NCBI GenBank assembly: GCA_004764695.1
Contig: SMSO01000032.1
Coordinates: 2,480,001 to 2,544,000, forward strand
From: Schizochytrium sp. TIO01
Lineage: Eukaryota; Protista; Bigyra: Labyrinthulomycetes
Length of the DNA: 64,000 bases
Direction: 5' to 3'
The first letter of the stretch is position 1. Each line of letters opens with the position of its first letter. The translations under genes and the position numbers were made by a program. The notes under the pieces were generated by a model that saw only the letters and a list, made by a program, of their open reading frames with translations, was not told the origin of the DNA and did no database searches. Of this stretch, positions 46,587 to 57,600 are shown one piece after another.

Positions 46587-48586
46587 ATGGCCTCTGCGCG
46601 TGCGACGTCCCTGGCGCTGTCCATCCTGTGGGCGCTATTAGCGCCTCAGGCTGTGACGGCCACCTCAGCTCGTCCTTGCGTCCTTGCCCTCGACGCCGGC
46701 GATGCTCTTCGTCAGGGGTGCGGGCATGCCAGCATCGTGGACCTCTCCGGTAGAGGCCGCGAAGGCCTTTTTCGCGTGCTGTCCTGATCCGCACTGGGCC
46801 ACACTCACGGTCAGCGAGGGGGCATCTCGGGGACCAGTATGCACATGCGAAGAGGGCGCTGCAAGGTTCAGATGTGCGCCCGGTGAAGATGCGCATTTCG
46901 TGGCGCTGGAGCATGTAAATGATGATTACTGCGACTGCGAGTCTGGGTCTGACGAGATTGGAACAAGCGCTTGCTCAGGTGTAAGCGATGGAGACAATCT
47001 TGAGAAAGGATTCTGGTGTGCGAACCACGGGTTTGAGGCAAAATGGATTCCAGCGTCCAGGGTGGATGATGGTGTCTGTGACTGCTGTGATGGAAGTGAT
47101 GAGAGTGCTCGACGTGGGGGAACTGAGTGTCGAGATACGTGCTTGGATTTAAGAGCTGCGAGGGAGCTGAAGAAAGCTGAAGTGCAGAAGGTGATTGAGG
47201 AAGGCAAAAAGACAGCTGCAGATGCATGGGGACAGTTCGAAGAAAAGAAAAAATTGGAAAATCAGAAGCTTGAGAAGATTGAAAAATTTGCTGACTCTGT
47301 TGAGTTGGGCCTTCAGACGCGTCTTGGAGCAGTATATGCACTTGAGGAGAAAAAGTATTATCGATCTGTGCGCAAAGAACAACTTGCCTGGGCTCGTGTC
47401 CAAGCCCGTCGATGGCGTCTTCGCTCTCGAAGCGGGAAACTGCCTACAGAAGAGGACGTGCCAGCTACAGTGGACAGTATTGACATTGATGTCGAAACAG
47501 AAAAAACCGAAACCAGCCGAGGCCAAGGTATCCGAGTCGGTGGATGATGAGGAAGTGAAACTTAGTGATATCGAGGTTCATAAGATCAGAACTCTTGAGG
47601 ATGCGCAGCGTGCTTTGGCACAATTGAAAAAAATTCGTCTTCGGCTAGAGGACAGTCCTGATACTGAGATCGTCCCTCTGCAGCGCTACTTGCAAATAAA
47701 GGAGGACACGGAAGCAGCAACACACAAACCTATTTCAAAGAAAACAACGTCACAACGTCGCAAGCAAACTCTCCTAGCACCGCTATTAGATGGAAACATG
47801 GACGAGTGGCGCAAGGTGGCAAGACTTTTAGCCGAAAGCCTTGGAGTCTTGTGCTCCCCTGTAAGAGGAATTTTTGAGCTATACAGCCTTGCCGCTCCAG
47901 CAAGTGCGTTGTGGTGGATTGATGAGAAAGTCCGAAAGAGTATGAGCCATATCGGACCTGCTCGTATTTGGTTTGTTCAGACTGGTCTATATGACCTTTG
48001 GCTCCGTTTTTGGGATGCTGGCCCGACCCTTTATTTCTATCTGTTCTATACGCGTGCTTTTGAAGAAGAAATGGTAACAACCTCAGCTCACCTGCAGCCC
48101 TTGCGGGAAATCAGAGACTTAGTAGAACGTATCATTACAAAGACACGGCAAGTTGCAACAAACTCTGGCTCCTTTAAATTTAAAGATGAAGTTACGGCCG
48201 AAGCCCGACGCTTGGGTGTCGAACCTCTTCTGGGTGAATGCCTTGAACGAAACCTTGCTGGATACAAATACTCTTTATGCCTTTTCCAGTCCGCAAAGCA
48301 AGGTCCGACATCTCTCGGAAAATTTGAGAGTTGGTCCTCGGACTCAGCTGCTCTGTGTGTTCAGAACCCTCAAACTGGCGAGTTTTATGAGGGCTGTGCT
48401 GCAATGAAATTCACCAATGGACAAAAGTGTTGGAGCGGACCAAAACGAGAACTTACTGTTTTATTTTCCTGTGCCGTAGAAACTCAAATTTTAGAAGTGG
48501 ATGAACCAAGCACATGCTCATATACAATGTTGGTGAGCACACCACTGGCATGTGGACACCTTGAAGAGTACATTAAAAAGCTATAG
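46587..48586 (+). CDS. PRKCSH: Glucosidase II beta subunit-like (PRKCSH family) protein, split over three frames
   Basis: Signal peptide MASARATSLALSILWALLAPQAVTA (frame 1). LDLa-like VNDDYCDCESGSDEIGTSAC and SRVDDGVCDCCDGSDE (frame 2). MRH domain YKYSLCLFQSAKQ...LGKF...NGQKCWSGPKR...EPSTCSY...TPLAC (frame 3). Frame breaks near 46770-46787 and 47501-47547. Confidence 0.85.
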
Positions 48587-48734
48587 TAGCCCAGTCTCCT
48601 TTGAAATGATAAACACATAATTTCTTTTTAACCTAGCTCCTTGATTGAATTCTTTCAAGAAGCATAGTGATTGAACAATCTCCCATTAGAGAGAGGAAAA
48701 GGGAAAATATCAGACTTCAAGATGTTATCAGTTA

Positions 48735-51700
48735 TTAAAGGTTGGCAGACTCAAGAGACTTATGAATGATCTCCGCCACATCCTTGGACAGATCCTTCTT
48801 TGCCGCGATACGCTCAAGCTCAGCGCGCATCTTTGTGGACCAAGGCGCTGCAAAAGTACGCCAGGTAGAAAATTGCTTTGCAAGGCGGCTGGCAACCTGC
48901 GGGTTAATCTCGTCAATCTCGAGAATACGGTCAGCAACGTAAGCGTATCCGCTGCCATCAGAAGCGTGGAAGCCGGTAAAGTTGCCGCCAGCAAAAGCAT
49001 TGAAAAGAGAGTAGCAGCAATTCGGGTTCTTAATGTCAAAAACCTCGGTCATGCCAGAAATTTTTGTGATAGTATCGATCACAGACGGAATGCGAGACTG
49101 AGATTGGGCACGAAACCACTTCTGGACTACAAGCTTGTCATTCTTGTACATGTCATAAAAGTCTTGCATAAGACGAGTGCGCTCAGGACAATCAATGTCA
49201 CGTACAGCCAGGAGAGCGCCGTAACGGTCAGTCATGTTCTCGGGAGCCTCAAATTGATGCACAGCCTTACGTAATGCCTCCTCGCGAAGGGCAGAGTTCT
49301 TGAGCATGAACGAAAGGCATGAGTTTTTGAGCTGTCGACGAGCAACAGCTTCGCCGGGGGTCTCGCCCTTTACAGGGTCGCGGTTGGCTTCGTAGCTCTT
49401 GACAAAAACCTCGCCGAGGCCCTCAGCAACACGGCGACGAACAGCCTTGCAGGCACTGGAGATGTGGTCAACGTTAGCCGCGCCCTTGCCAATGTCATTA
49501 GCCATGGTACTCTCGTTAGGGAGTGCCAAGGAAAGAGCCACAAGAGCACGATCCAGAGATGTGTCACGCAAGGTATGCTCGAGGCAGGAGAGCAGCAAAG
49601 GGATATGCTCGTGGTCAAGCGAGTCAGCATTCTCCCCGGAACCAGCCTTGGCAATCATCTCATGGAGGATTTGCTTGCACAGCTCCTGACCACTCTCATA
49701 GCGTACAAAGGAGTCCGTGTCATGAGCAGCAAGGAAGACGAGATCTTCACGGGTCAACTCAGGGCACGAAAGCTTGACCGGGGCAGAAAAGCCACGCAAA
49801 AGAGACGGAACCGGACGCTCCTGGACGTTGTGAAGCTCAAAAGACTGTTCCGATTCCACAACACGAAGCACGGCAGAATCAACCTCTTCACCATCAGCTC
49901 CGACCTTAAAGGTAATGGGACCATTGGAGACAGTACCAATAAGGCCAAGAGCGAGGGGGATGTCAAAGGGGTTCTTCTCAGTTTGGCCAGGTGTAGGCGG
50001 GCAAGATTGTTCCACGTTGATGGTGTACACCTTGGTTGCCTCGTCGTATGAAGTATTGACCTTGAGCTCGGGAGTACCAGCCTGTGAGTACCAGGTATCA
50101 CGGAATTGAGTAAGGTCGACATTGTTGGCATCTTCCATAGCCTTCACAAAGTCATCACAGGTGACGGCATTACCGTCGTGGCGCTCGAAGTACAAGTTGA
50201 GACCCTTGCGAAAACCTTCAGGTGTAACGATAGTCTGAATCATACGAATGATTTCAGCTCCCTTTTCGTACACGGTGAGAGAATAGAAGTTATCAATGGC
50301 TTCGTAGGCGTCAGGGCGAATGGGGTGGGCCATAGGACCAGCATCCTCCTCGAATTGATAGTCACGAAGCAACTGGACATCGGCGATTCGCTTACTCGCG
50401 CGAGAGTTAAGGTCACTGCTAAACTCCTGGTCGCGGAAAACGGTAAGACCTTCCTTGAGCGTAAGCTGAAACCAGTCACGGCAGGTAACGCGGTTTCCAG
50501 ACCAGTTGTGGAAGTATTCGTGGCCAATAATACCTTCAATGTTGAGAAAATCAGTATCAGTGGCAGTGTCATTATCAGCAAGAACATACTTGGAGTTAAA
50601 GACATTGAGACTCTTGTTCTCCATTGCACCCATGGTAAAATCGCTCACTGCGACAATGTTGAACTGACCAAGGTCATACTCACGATCGAAGCGCTCCTCA
50701 TCCCACTTAAACGAACGCTTGAGGCATTCCATTGCATGCGGGGTCTTGCTGAGGTTACCCTTCTCAACATAAATTCCAAGATGTACATTCTTACCAGAGC
50801 ATGTGGTAAAGCTATCTGTGAGCACGTCAAAGTCACCACCAACCAGGGCAAACAAGTAGCAAGGCTTGGGGAACGGGTCCTCCCAAAGAACGTAGTGGCG
50901 GCCATCCTCAAGCTCACCACGCTCAACATCGTTACCATTGGAAAGCAGGTGAGGGTATGACTTCTTTGCAATGACCTTAGTCGTGTAAATGGACATGTTG
51001 TCCGGGCGATCCACAAAGAATGTCATGTTGCGAAAACCTTCTGCCTCCATCTGGGTGCAAAAGTTGCCTCCAGTTTTGTACAAGCCGTTAAGCGATGTGT
51101 TCTTTTCAGGCACTACAGTAACATCAATCTCGAGCGTGAACTCCTTGCCCGGCAAGAGAGCGCTGGGAATGGTCATAGTCTCATCATCAACCGTGTAGGC
51201 ATCGGCAGCAATTTCCTCGCCATTGACCTTGACAAATTTGATCTCCATATGCGCAGGCTTACGTTCGCCGTTGAGAACAAGATCCGCCCCGTCCTTCTGA
51301 CGCTCGTACAAAACTTTGCTGGAAACCAAGGAGACATCGTCAAGCTCCACCGTCAAGTCAACCTTGCGGGCCAGGAAGGCAGGCGCCTGGTACTCTAGTC
51401 GTAGCACCTGCTTCGACTCCGTTGTCGAAGAAGCTTCCGCAGTCATCGTACCCTCTAAGCTAGATGTCGTCTTGGTCGGACTACTGCCTGCACTCAACGT
51501 TCGAGCTACTTGCCAAAGGTGTTGCTGCTTCTTTAAGCCCGACGAGCCAAATCTCAGCTTACTATCCTCGCTTCTCCGAGTGATCGCCGACGAAGACTTG
51601 AAAGCTTTCGAAGAGCTGCTCCCAATTCGAGAACTGCCGGCGCCCCGAGAGCCGCGGTGAGAGAAGTTCTTAGTATAAGAGGAGGTTTGTCTAAGAAGGT

Positions 51701-51899
51701 TGTTAGAGATTAAGGAGGTGTTGCGGGTTGCCGAAGAAGACGATGAAGAAAGAGCTCGGGCGTTGATTGAAAGCGAGAAACCGCTGATGCAGCCCAGAGA
51801 GGAGGTCTGGGAAGAAGGAAGGAGGTAACGCCGAGAGGCGTACATTTTCGGAAGCGAAAGGCCCGACGAACGCAGGAAGCGTTGTGTGCCGGCAGGCAT
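48735..51899 (-). CDS. pepN: Aminopeptidase N (M1 family, bacterial PepN type) with N-terminal Ser/Arg-rich extension
   Basis: GAMENKSLN, HEYFHNWSGNRVTCRDWFQLTLKEG (HExxH...E), TVYEKGAE, PSLLRGFSAPV and NPQVASRL. In-frame ATGs at 51899, 51845 and 51446. Confidence 0.95.
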   Translation of the reverse strand: MPAGTQRFLRSSGLSLPKMYASRRYLLPSSQTSSLGCISGFSLSINARALSSSSSSATRNTSLISNNLLRQTSSYTKNFSHRGSRGAGSSRIGSSSSKAFKSSSAITRRSEDSKLRFGSSGLKKQQHLWQVARTLSAGSSPTKTTSSLEGTMTAEASSTTESKQVLRLEYQAPAFLARKVDLTVELDDVSLVSSKVLYERQKDGADLVLNGERKPAHMEIKFVKVNGEEIAADAYTVDDETMTIPSALLPGKEFTLEIDVTVVPEKNTSLNGLYKTGGNFCTQMEAEGFRNMTFFVDRPDNMSIYTTKVIAKKSYPHLLSNGNDVERGELEDGRHYVLWEDPFPKPCYLFALVGGDFDVLTDSFTTCSGKNVHLGIYVEKGNLSKTPHAMECLKRSFKWDEERFDREYDLGQFNIVAVSDFTMGAMENKSLNVFNSKYVLADNDTATDTDFLNIEGIIGHEYFHNWSGNRVTCRDWFQLTLKEGLTVFRDQEFSSDLNSRASKRIADVQLLRDYQFEEDAGPMAHPIRPDAYEAIDNFYSLTVYEKGAEIIRMIQTIVTPEGFRKGLNLYFERHDGNAVTCDDFVKAMEDANNVDLTQFRDTWYSQAGTPELKVNTSYDEATKVYTINVEQSCPPTPGQTEKNPFDIPLALGLIGTVSNGPITFKVGADGEEVDSAVLRVVESEQSFELHNVQERPVPSLLRGFSAPVKLSCPELTREDLVFLAAHDTDSFVRYESGQELCKQILHEMIAKAGSGENADSLDHEHIPLLLSCLEHTLRDTSLDRALVALSLALPNESTMANDIGKGAANVDHISSACKAVRRRVAEGLGEVFVKSYEANRDPVKGETPGEAVARRQLKNSCLSFMLKNSALREEALRKAVHQFEAPENMTDRYGALLAVRDIDCPERTRLMQDFYDMYKNDKLVVQKWFRAQSQSRIPSVIDTITKISGMTEVFDIKNPNCCYSLFNAFAGGNFTGFHASDGSGYAYVADRILEIDEINPQVASRLAKQFSTWRTFAAPWSTKMRAELERIAAKKDLSKDVAEIIHKSLESANL

Positions 51900-53159
51900 G
51901 AGCTTGAAGATTGTTTTGCAAAGTGTTTTTTTTTCTTTTGTTTTTTGGGCAGAAACTCTTATAGAGCGCTTATTATATATTAGCACCCTTCGCTCTTTAT
52001 ACTTGTAACTAAGGAGTTGTTGGTGACAGATAATATTTTTTTAATGCTTTCTTCTTCTTCTTTTTCGCTTTATTTCAAAGTTCACAGAGGATCATCGTCT
52101 GAGTCATGAATAAGGACAGATGTTGTGTACTTTCTTTCAACTTCCCTTCAACTTTGAGCCTTGGCTTGTCGTTGGAGAAGTAAAAAATTTACGGGCTGAC
52201 GCTCTTTTCATAATTTGGATTAAAAACGGGGTTAGTCACCACTAATGCAAGAGTAAATTGAAGAGAGAAGCGAGAGGAACGAGAGTGTAGGAGCGAAATA
52301 AAGCTCGTTACCACCACGAAAAGAGAGCATTAGCTACAAATTTAGGCAATTGAGCAAAAGCAATGGTGGAGAGTGATGGAAACATACTCAGCCAGTTTGA
52401 GAAACTTGCAATCTTAGTGGTGCTAGTACTAGTAGCACGCATTGCAAGCTCTGAGAGCTTTCAGTGCGAACAACCAATTTGAGCGCAACCCGATTTTCCT
52501 TTATTCAAGTTAAAAATAGAAAAAAAGGAATCAAGATACATTCAACCCTGTTCTCTTCCCTCACGTCTGGAGTTGTTGACGCAGGCAGCGAAATTTTCTC
52601 AAAGCGTACGAGTTTTGCTTTAGCTTTGAGAAGTAGAAGGAGTAGAAGGAGTGCAGATGAATGTCAAATATACCACGCCAAACACTCGAGGCATAGTAGG
52701 TAGCACCTTCCTGCAATTTCACAAGGGATCACAATTCGAGATGCTTGGCAGCCCCTTCAGCGGACCAGAGACACGCGAATTAATGAATTAATAGTTTTGG
52801 AAGAATGGGTCAGAAGCTAACTATGCCTAACTATGCATAAGAGTGACTAGAGCTTACTAGCATTGAACCGAACAAAGGTGGCAAAAGGCGGAGCATGAGA
52901 TATGTACAAATATGGCACCGCGTGCCTGGCACGCGAGAAAAGCTACAGGTTGCGATGATCTCCATACGTTTAATCAAATTTGTGTCTGCTTGAGACCGAA
53001 GAATAAACTCGTAGGCATACGATATACTATATCGAAGTGATGCCCTCAACTCTTGAAATGAATCACCCAGTGATTCACTCTCTTTTATAAATCTCGGCGA
53101 AAATCGTATCCCATGCTATATTTTCAATTCAGAGTCTATTAGTCAATAAAACGTGCAAC

Positions 53160-53729
53160 CTAGAGGCAATTCTTCGCTAAAGTTTCTTTCGAAGACTTTC
53201 CAGATCGCTCTTTAAACGTACCAGGGTGATCAGGATCTGCAATGATGGACTCATCAGGATACACCTCCAAGTCTCGTAATGTATCCTTACATTCGTTTTG
53301 GCTGCTATGGCTGTTCTGCAAGAAGGTCCAGGTAGCATTGCGCCTTTGAAATATTGCGTTGTTGTTTTCAACCTCTTCAAAGCTTGCAAAATCATCATGC
53401 GAGAAGCTTTTCCCCGGAGGTTTTTGCAAAGTACAAATAGTACCATCTTTAGTCCACCAAAGGTTTTGGAGCTGACGGAAGATCGAATAAACAAGACAGC
53501 CTAGAAGAAAGATGGTTCCCGAAAGAAAAAAGAAGGAGGGAGCAGATGGCAATACTATGTTTGGAAGTAGTGTCCGTTGTAAAGTCAAACACCATTCGAT
53601 AATTTCTTTTTGAAAATTGATGATCAAAGATGTATGATCATCGTGACTGTAATCTTGGCTCTGCTGGGCCATGTCGATTGCGATTTGGGCGCTACATTCT
53701 TCGTCGCTCGTCTGGTCTATCTTAGGCAT
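53160..53729 (-). CDS. Hypothetical single-TM protein (189 aa)
   Basis: ATG-initiated ORF with one hydrophobic segment (SFFFLSGTIFLLGCLVYSIF); no recognisable domain. Confidence 0.45.
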   Translation of the reverse strand: MPKIDQTSDEECSAQIAIDMAQQSQDYSHDDHTSLIINFQKEIIEWCLTLQRTLLPNIVLPSAPSFFFLSGTIFLLGCLVYSIFRQLQNLWWTKDGTICTLQKPPGKSFSHDDFASFEEVENNNAIFQRRNATWTFLQNSHSSQNECKDTLRDLEVYPDESIIADPDHPGTFKERSGKSSKETLAKNCL

Positions 53730-53879
53730 GACTGCTAATACTCGAAATGTTCCTACTTATCGATAGTGAAGAAACAGTTTTTTCATCCAGACAAATTTGA
53801 AATTTGAAAATTTGCATTTGTGGGACCAAACTCATGCATATCAAGCCGGCCCATCGCCAGACAAGTCAGGACTTCTATT

Positions 53880-54287
53880 TTAGAAACGCACACTGATCTG
53901 AACTGACATCAATACTATCGACTTACCTGCGTCCCAAAGTTCTCGTTGCTGAAATGATTGTAATAGTGAGCATTGCTGTTGCGGAGATACTCGCCAGGTT
54001 ATTTTTTCATCACCTCCACTAACACAGAGAACCGAGACACACCAGTTCCTTGGGTTTAGAACCGACGCAACAGCTGAGACCAAGATGTGAGATCTCCTTG
54101 CTTGCAAATCTGAGAGGCTGCCGCGAACCTGCGCAATAATTTGAGCGGATTTCCCCAGTTCTGTCACTTGAATTCGACACCATGTCGAATCATCCTCTTC
54201 TCGTAGCCGAAAGGACTCGTGTATCCTGTTATCTGAGCTAACCCGTGCAACCTGAAGACCCAAAAGTACCCCTCGCTTGGACCCCAT
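53880..54287 (-). CDS. Hypothetical protein (~135 aa)
   Basis: Open frame with globular-looking composition from the ATG at 54287 (MGSKRGVLLG); no recognisable motif. Confidence 0.4.
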   Translation of the reverse strand: MGSKRGVLLGLQVARVSSDNRIHESFRLREEDDSTWCRIQVTELGKSAQIIAQVRGSLSDLQARRSHILVSAVASVLNPRNWCVSVLCVSGGDEKITWRVSPQQQCSLLQSFQQRELWDAGKSIVLMSVQISVRF

Positions 54288-54623
54288 CGCGTCAAGGCTA
54301 ATCAATGTAGACGTAGTTGCCTTGCTATTCTTGGTCTGCTGCAAATCATATAAACAAAAAATTCAAATCTTGTAACAACCTGAAGAGGCACACATATTGC
54401 ATTTGAGAGAAAAATGGCATCATTAGATCAGGAATTTAGAACGCTGTACTTCTAGATCAAGGGCATATGGGAGAACTGTGTTGCATTCGTTTTTTGAGCT
54501 GGCATCGAAACGAAACGAGAGGTATCATTTTATTTATAGATGTATTAAAAATAAGAGATCAAACATCCACGAAGTCAGGGTTCATAACTAAAAAGTATCA
54601 TTATCAACATGTATTGGGTGACT

Positions 54624-57600
54624 TTAGGCTACGGCAGAACTTGGTGTTGGGCAATCTTGAAGACCTTCAAGTTGAATTGGCGTTTCACATAAATGAGCAA
54701 GGCGCTCCTGAGCAGCTTTCATGACTGCGGCTCCAGCAGCGCCCTTACCAACAAACTCAGCTTGCATCTTAGCTAGTTGCTCGCGACGCTTTTTTAGAGC
54801 CTTTGAAGCGGAAGTAAGATTCTGGAAAGCCTCGCGACGCTGGACAGGACTCCGGAACCAAAGAATTAAATTTTCTACACGAGGTGCGAGGTTCTCATGG
54901 CGGACTACCTTTCGTTTTTTGGGCCCCCCGCTCGCATTTTGTAATAACCTAATTGCAAGACTGGTATGCCCTGTGTTGGCCATACCCCCAGCCATTGAAA
55001 TATAGACAATTTGAAGAGGATAAACGCGCTCGTTTCGATCGTTAAGAGCTTCTTCAAATTGTTCGCGGACCTGGGTGGTTTTTTGACTGCCTGAAGTGAT
55101 ATGGGAAGCATCAACCCAAATTTTACTCAAATCAATCCACATGCGCAAATCGTATTTCCGATTCGCGACCTTTTTGGATATCACCAGCACGTCTGAAAAC
55201 AGGAAAAATGCACGAGCCTTTGGTTTAACATCTTGATGGCGCCCTTCGTCCAGTTTTCTCTCGCTTACACTCAAGGGAGCCACCCACTCGCAAAGAAACT
55301 GACGACCTGGTACCAATATATGGCTTTGTGGAGCCGAGTTCAGATCAGATCCGTCGCTGCTACTATCAGCATGGTGTAAGCTCAGACTTTGATGCTGACC
55401 AGGTACTGCAGCTGCCGCAGCTGAAAGGTCAAGCAATGAGTGGTGACTCCTAGCTTTGTTCACATTGCTCAGTAGCTGGGTCTTTCCTTTGCGAACCCAA
55501 GCTGACTTGCCTACACCTTCAAGCTCACTGGCAATTTCATAAGCCCGTATTCGGAGGCGAGAAAGTCGACGTTCGTTCTCTAGTTCTCGTTTAATTCCTT
55601 CAATTTTCCGTCCCACTTCTCGAAGTTCTTTATAGTCCCTATTATCTGGATGCATGCATGAAAGCAACATGTTTAGAAACTCATTGTATCGTGCCATCTG
55701 ATTGAGGGGAATTTTCAAAAGATCTCGTAGGTCAGTTCCGTAGCTAGGTAACGTCTTGTTTTCAGCAGTTATGCGAAGAAACTTAGCAAACCGGGGTACT
55801 TCTGAGCGAGCTTGCCCTAAGATACGAAGGCTTGTTGAGTTTTGCTTCACATAAACTAGGTATACCGTACGAAGGTATGGGAGAGAATCTTGGAATTGCG
55901 CAAGAAATCGCGTTGTGAGTGGATAAGTCATGTCTTGTTTGTGTTTTGCAAGTTCCTCTTCAATACTCGTGAGCATTTGCATGTGAATTTGCAAAAGTTG
56001 CGGCAGGTTAGAGAATATTCCTTCCGTATCTTGGCGTGAAATCCCCTTGGTGGAGCTTATGTCATCATTCAACACACTCTGCAGTGTTGGCTGATAGTAG
56101 TTGCCATTGATAATACTTAGTGCATCCACGTAAGACTTTTCTTCTTGGCGGAGGCGCAAAAAAATAGTTCGTTGCTTCTTCTGCTCTTGTTCTTCAGTAT
56201 TTCTTCCACTCTGACCGCGACGGGCGTAGAGCCGCTGCTTTCGCTCAGACATCCGGGCTCCACCTGTACCCATGGAAACTTTGGCTTTCTCGCTGGCCAC
56301 GTTTCCTTTATTTTTACGGCTTGATGATGACGAGCTATTTTTACTTTTCCCTGATGACGACGACCCTGATTCTGTTGACTTACGTAAGTTTGACGAAATT
56401 TCGACTTTATCCCCCATTGATGCACTTCGTCGCTTCATGTCCTCGGCTAACCCTTCATCCGAGACTATAGAGCTGGCACTCTGCCCTCGTGCCCTTACGC
56501 TCTGACGCTTGAGTGTTCTGTCACTCTTTGGTGGCGGTGGTGGGGGGGGCTTGTTTACATCAGCATACTTTTGAGCAATATCTCTTCCTGACCTGGGCCG
56601 TTCATGCGTTGTGCTCTCAGATTGAGTACTCTCTTTGCTTTCACCATCTGTTATTTCATGTGATAAGTTTTCAGCTTTGGACACGTTGTCTTTCGAAAGA
56701 ACAGGATTCTCTAGTTCAGAAGCTTGCAAAGACAGACCTCTTTTATGTACTGGCTTTGGCGGAAGCGGCGGTGGTTCAGCCCGTGCAGAGGCAGACTCTT
56801 CGTTGCTATCTTTGGCACTGCTAGAGACTGACTCTGAGACAGAAGGCGGCACGAAAGTACCGGAAATGTGTCGTGATTTCCAAGACGACTCTTCTTCCTC
56901 CTCCTGGATAGTGCTCATACCCGCAGATGAGTTGACGCGGTCGAGACTTTCATTATGAGCAATAAGTGCATCTTTCATCATCTGCAATTGCATTTGCTGC
57001 TGAGCACGAAGTGCTTGCTCCCGAAGACGTTCAGCTTCATTCTCTTCTTCTCGCAGTCGTTCTTCTTCTTTAGCATTTGCAATGGCTTCTGCTTCTGCTT
57101 GTTTTTGCTTGTTTCTGGCAATTTCGAGCTTGACTTTAAATGCTTGACGGGTTGAACACATGCGCCAGAAGCTTTGAGCAACAAGCACTGCCTGAAAGAC
57201 AACACGGAAGCGATCCATAGCGAGTGCCATTCTCCAAATAGATTGAATTTGAATTGCCGCAAGTTTTTCTTGCTGTTTTCGTCTACGATCAGCCACCTCT
57301 CGAGCGGTCTGAAGTACTGCTAGAAATCGATTTGCAGCAATAACTTTTGTACAGCACGACCTCCAAGCAGATCTTGCACAGTGTCTTTTAAATCGTGCAA
57401 GGTGTTCTTGGTTTGTCCCACTCTGAGTACCTGAGTTTTTTAGCATGGCATCAACTTTTTGCAAAGCACCAGGCTTAAAGAATACCTTGGTAAGACCACA
57501 GCGATATGTATCTTGAGGAATGTCGAATGCCCAAAATAGAGCACGAATAAACCGGGCGTTGCGGCGTCGTTGCCGCGCAATTTCATCGAGACCAGCTGCC

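Noticed and set aside
52831-53159. Possible frameshifted continuation of the 189-aa ORF
   Set aside because: Several stops intervene and there is no recognisable homology to justify joining.
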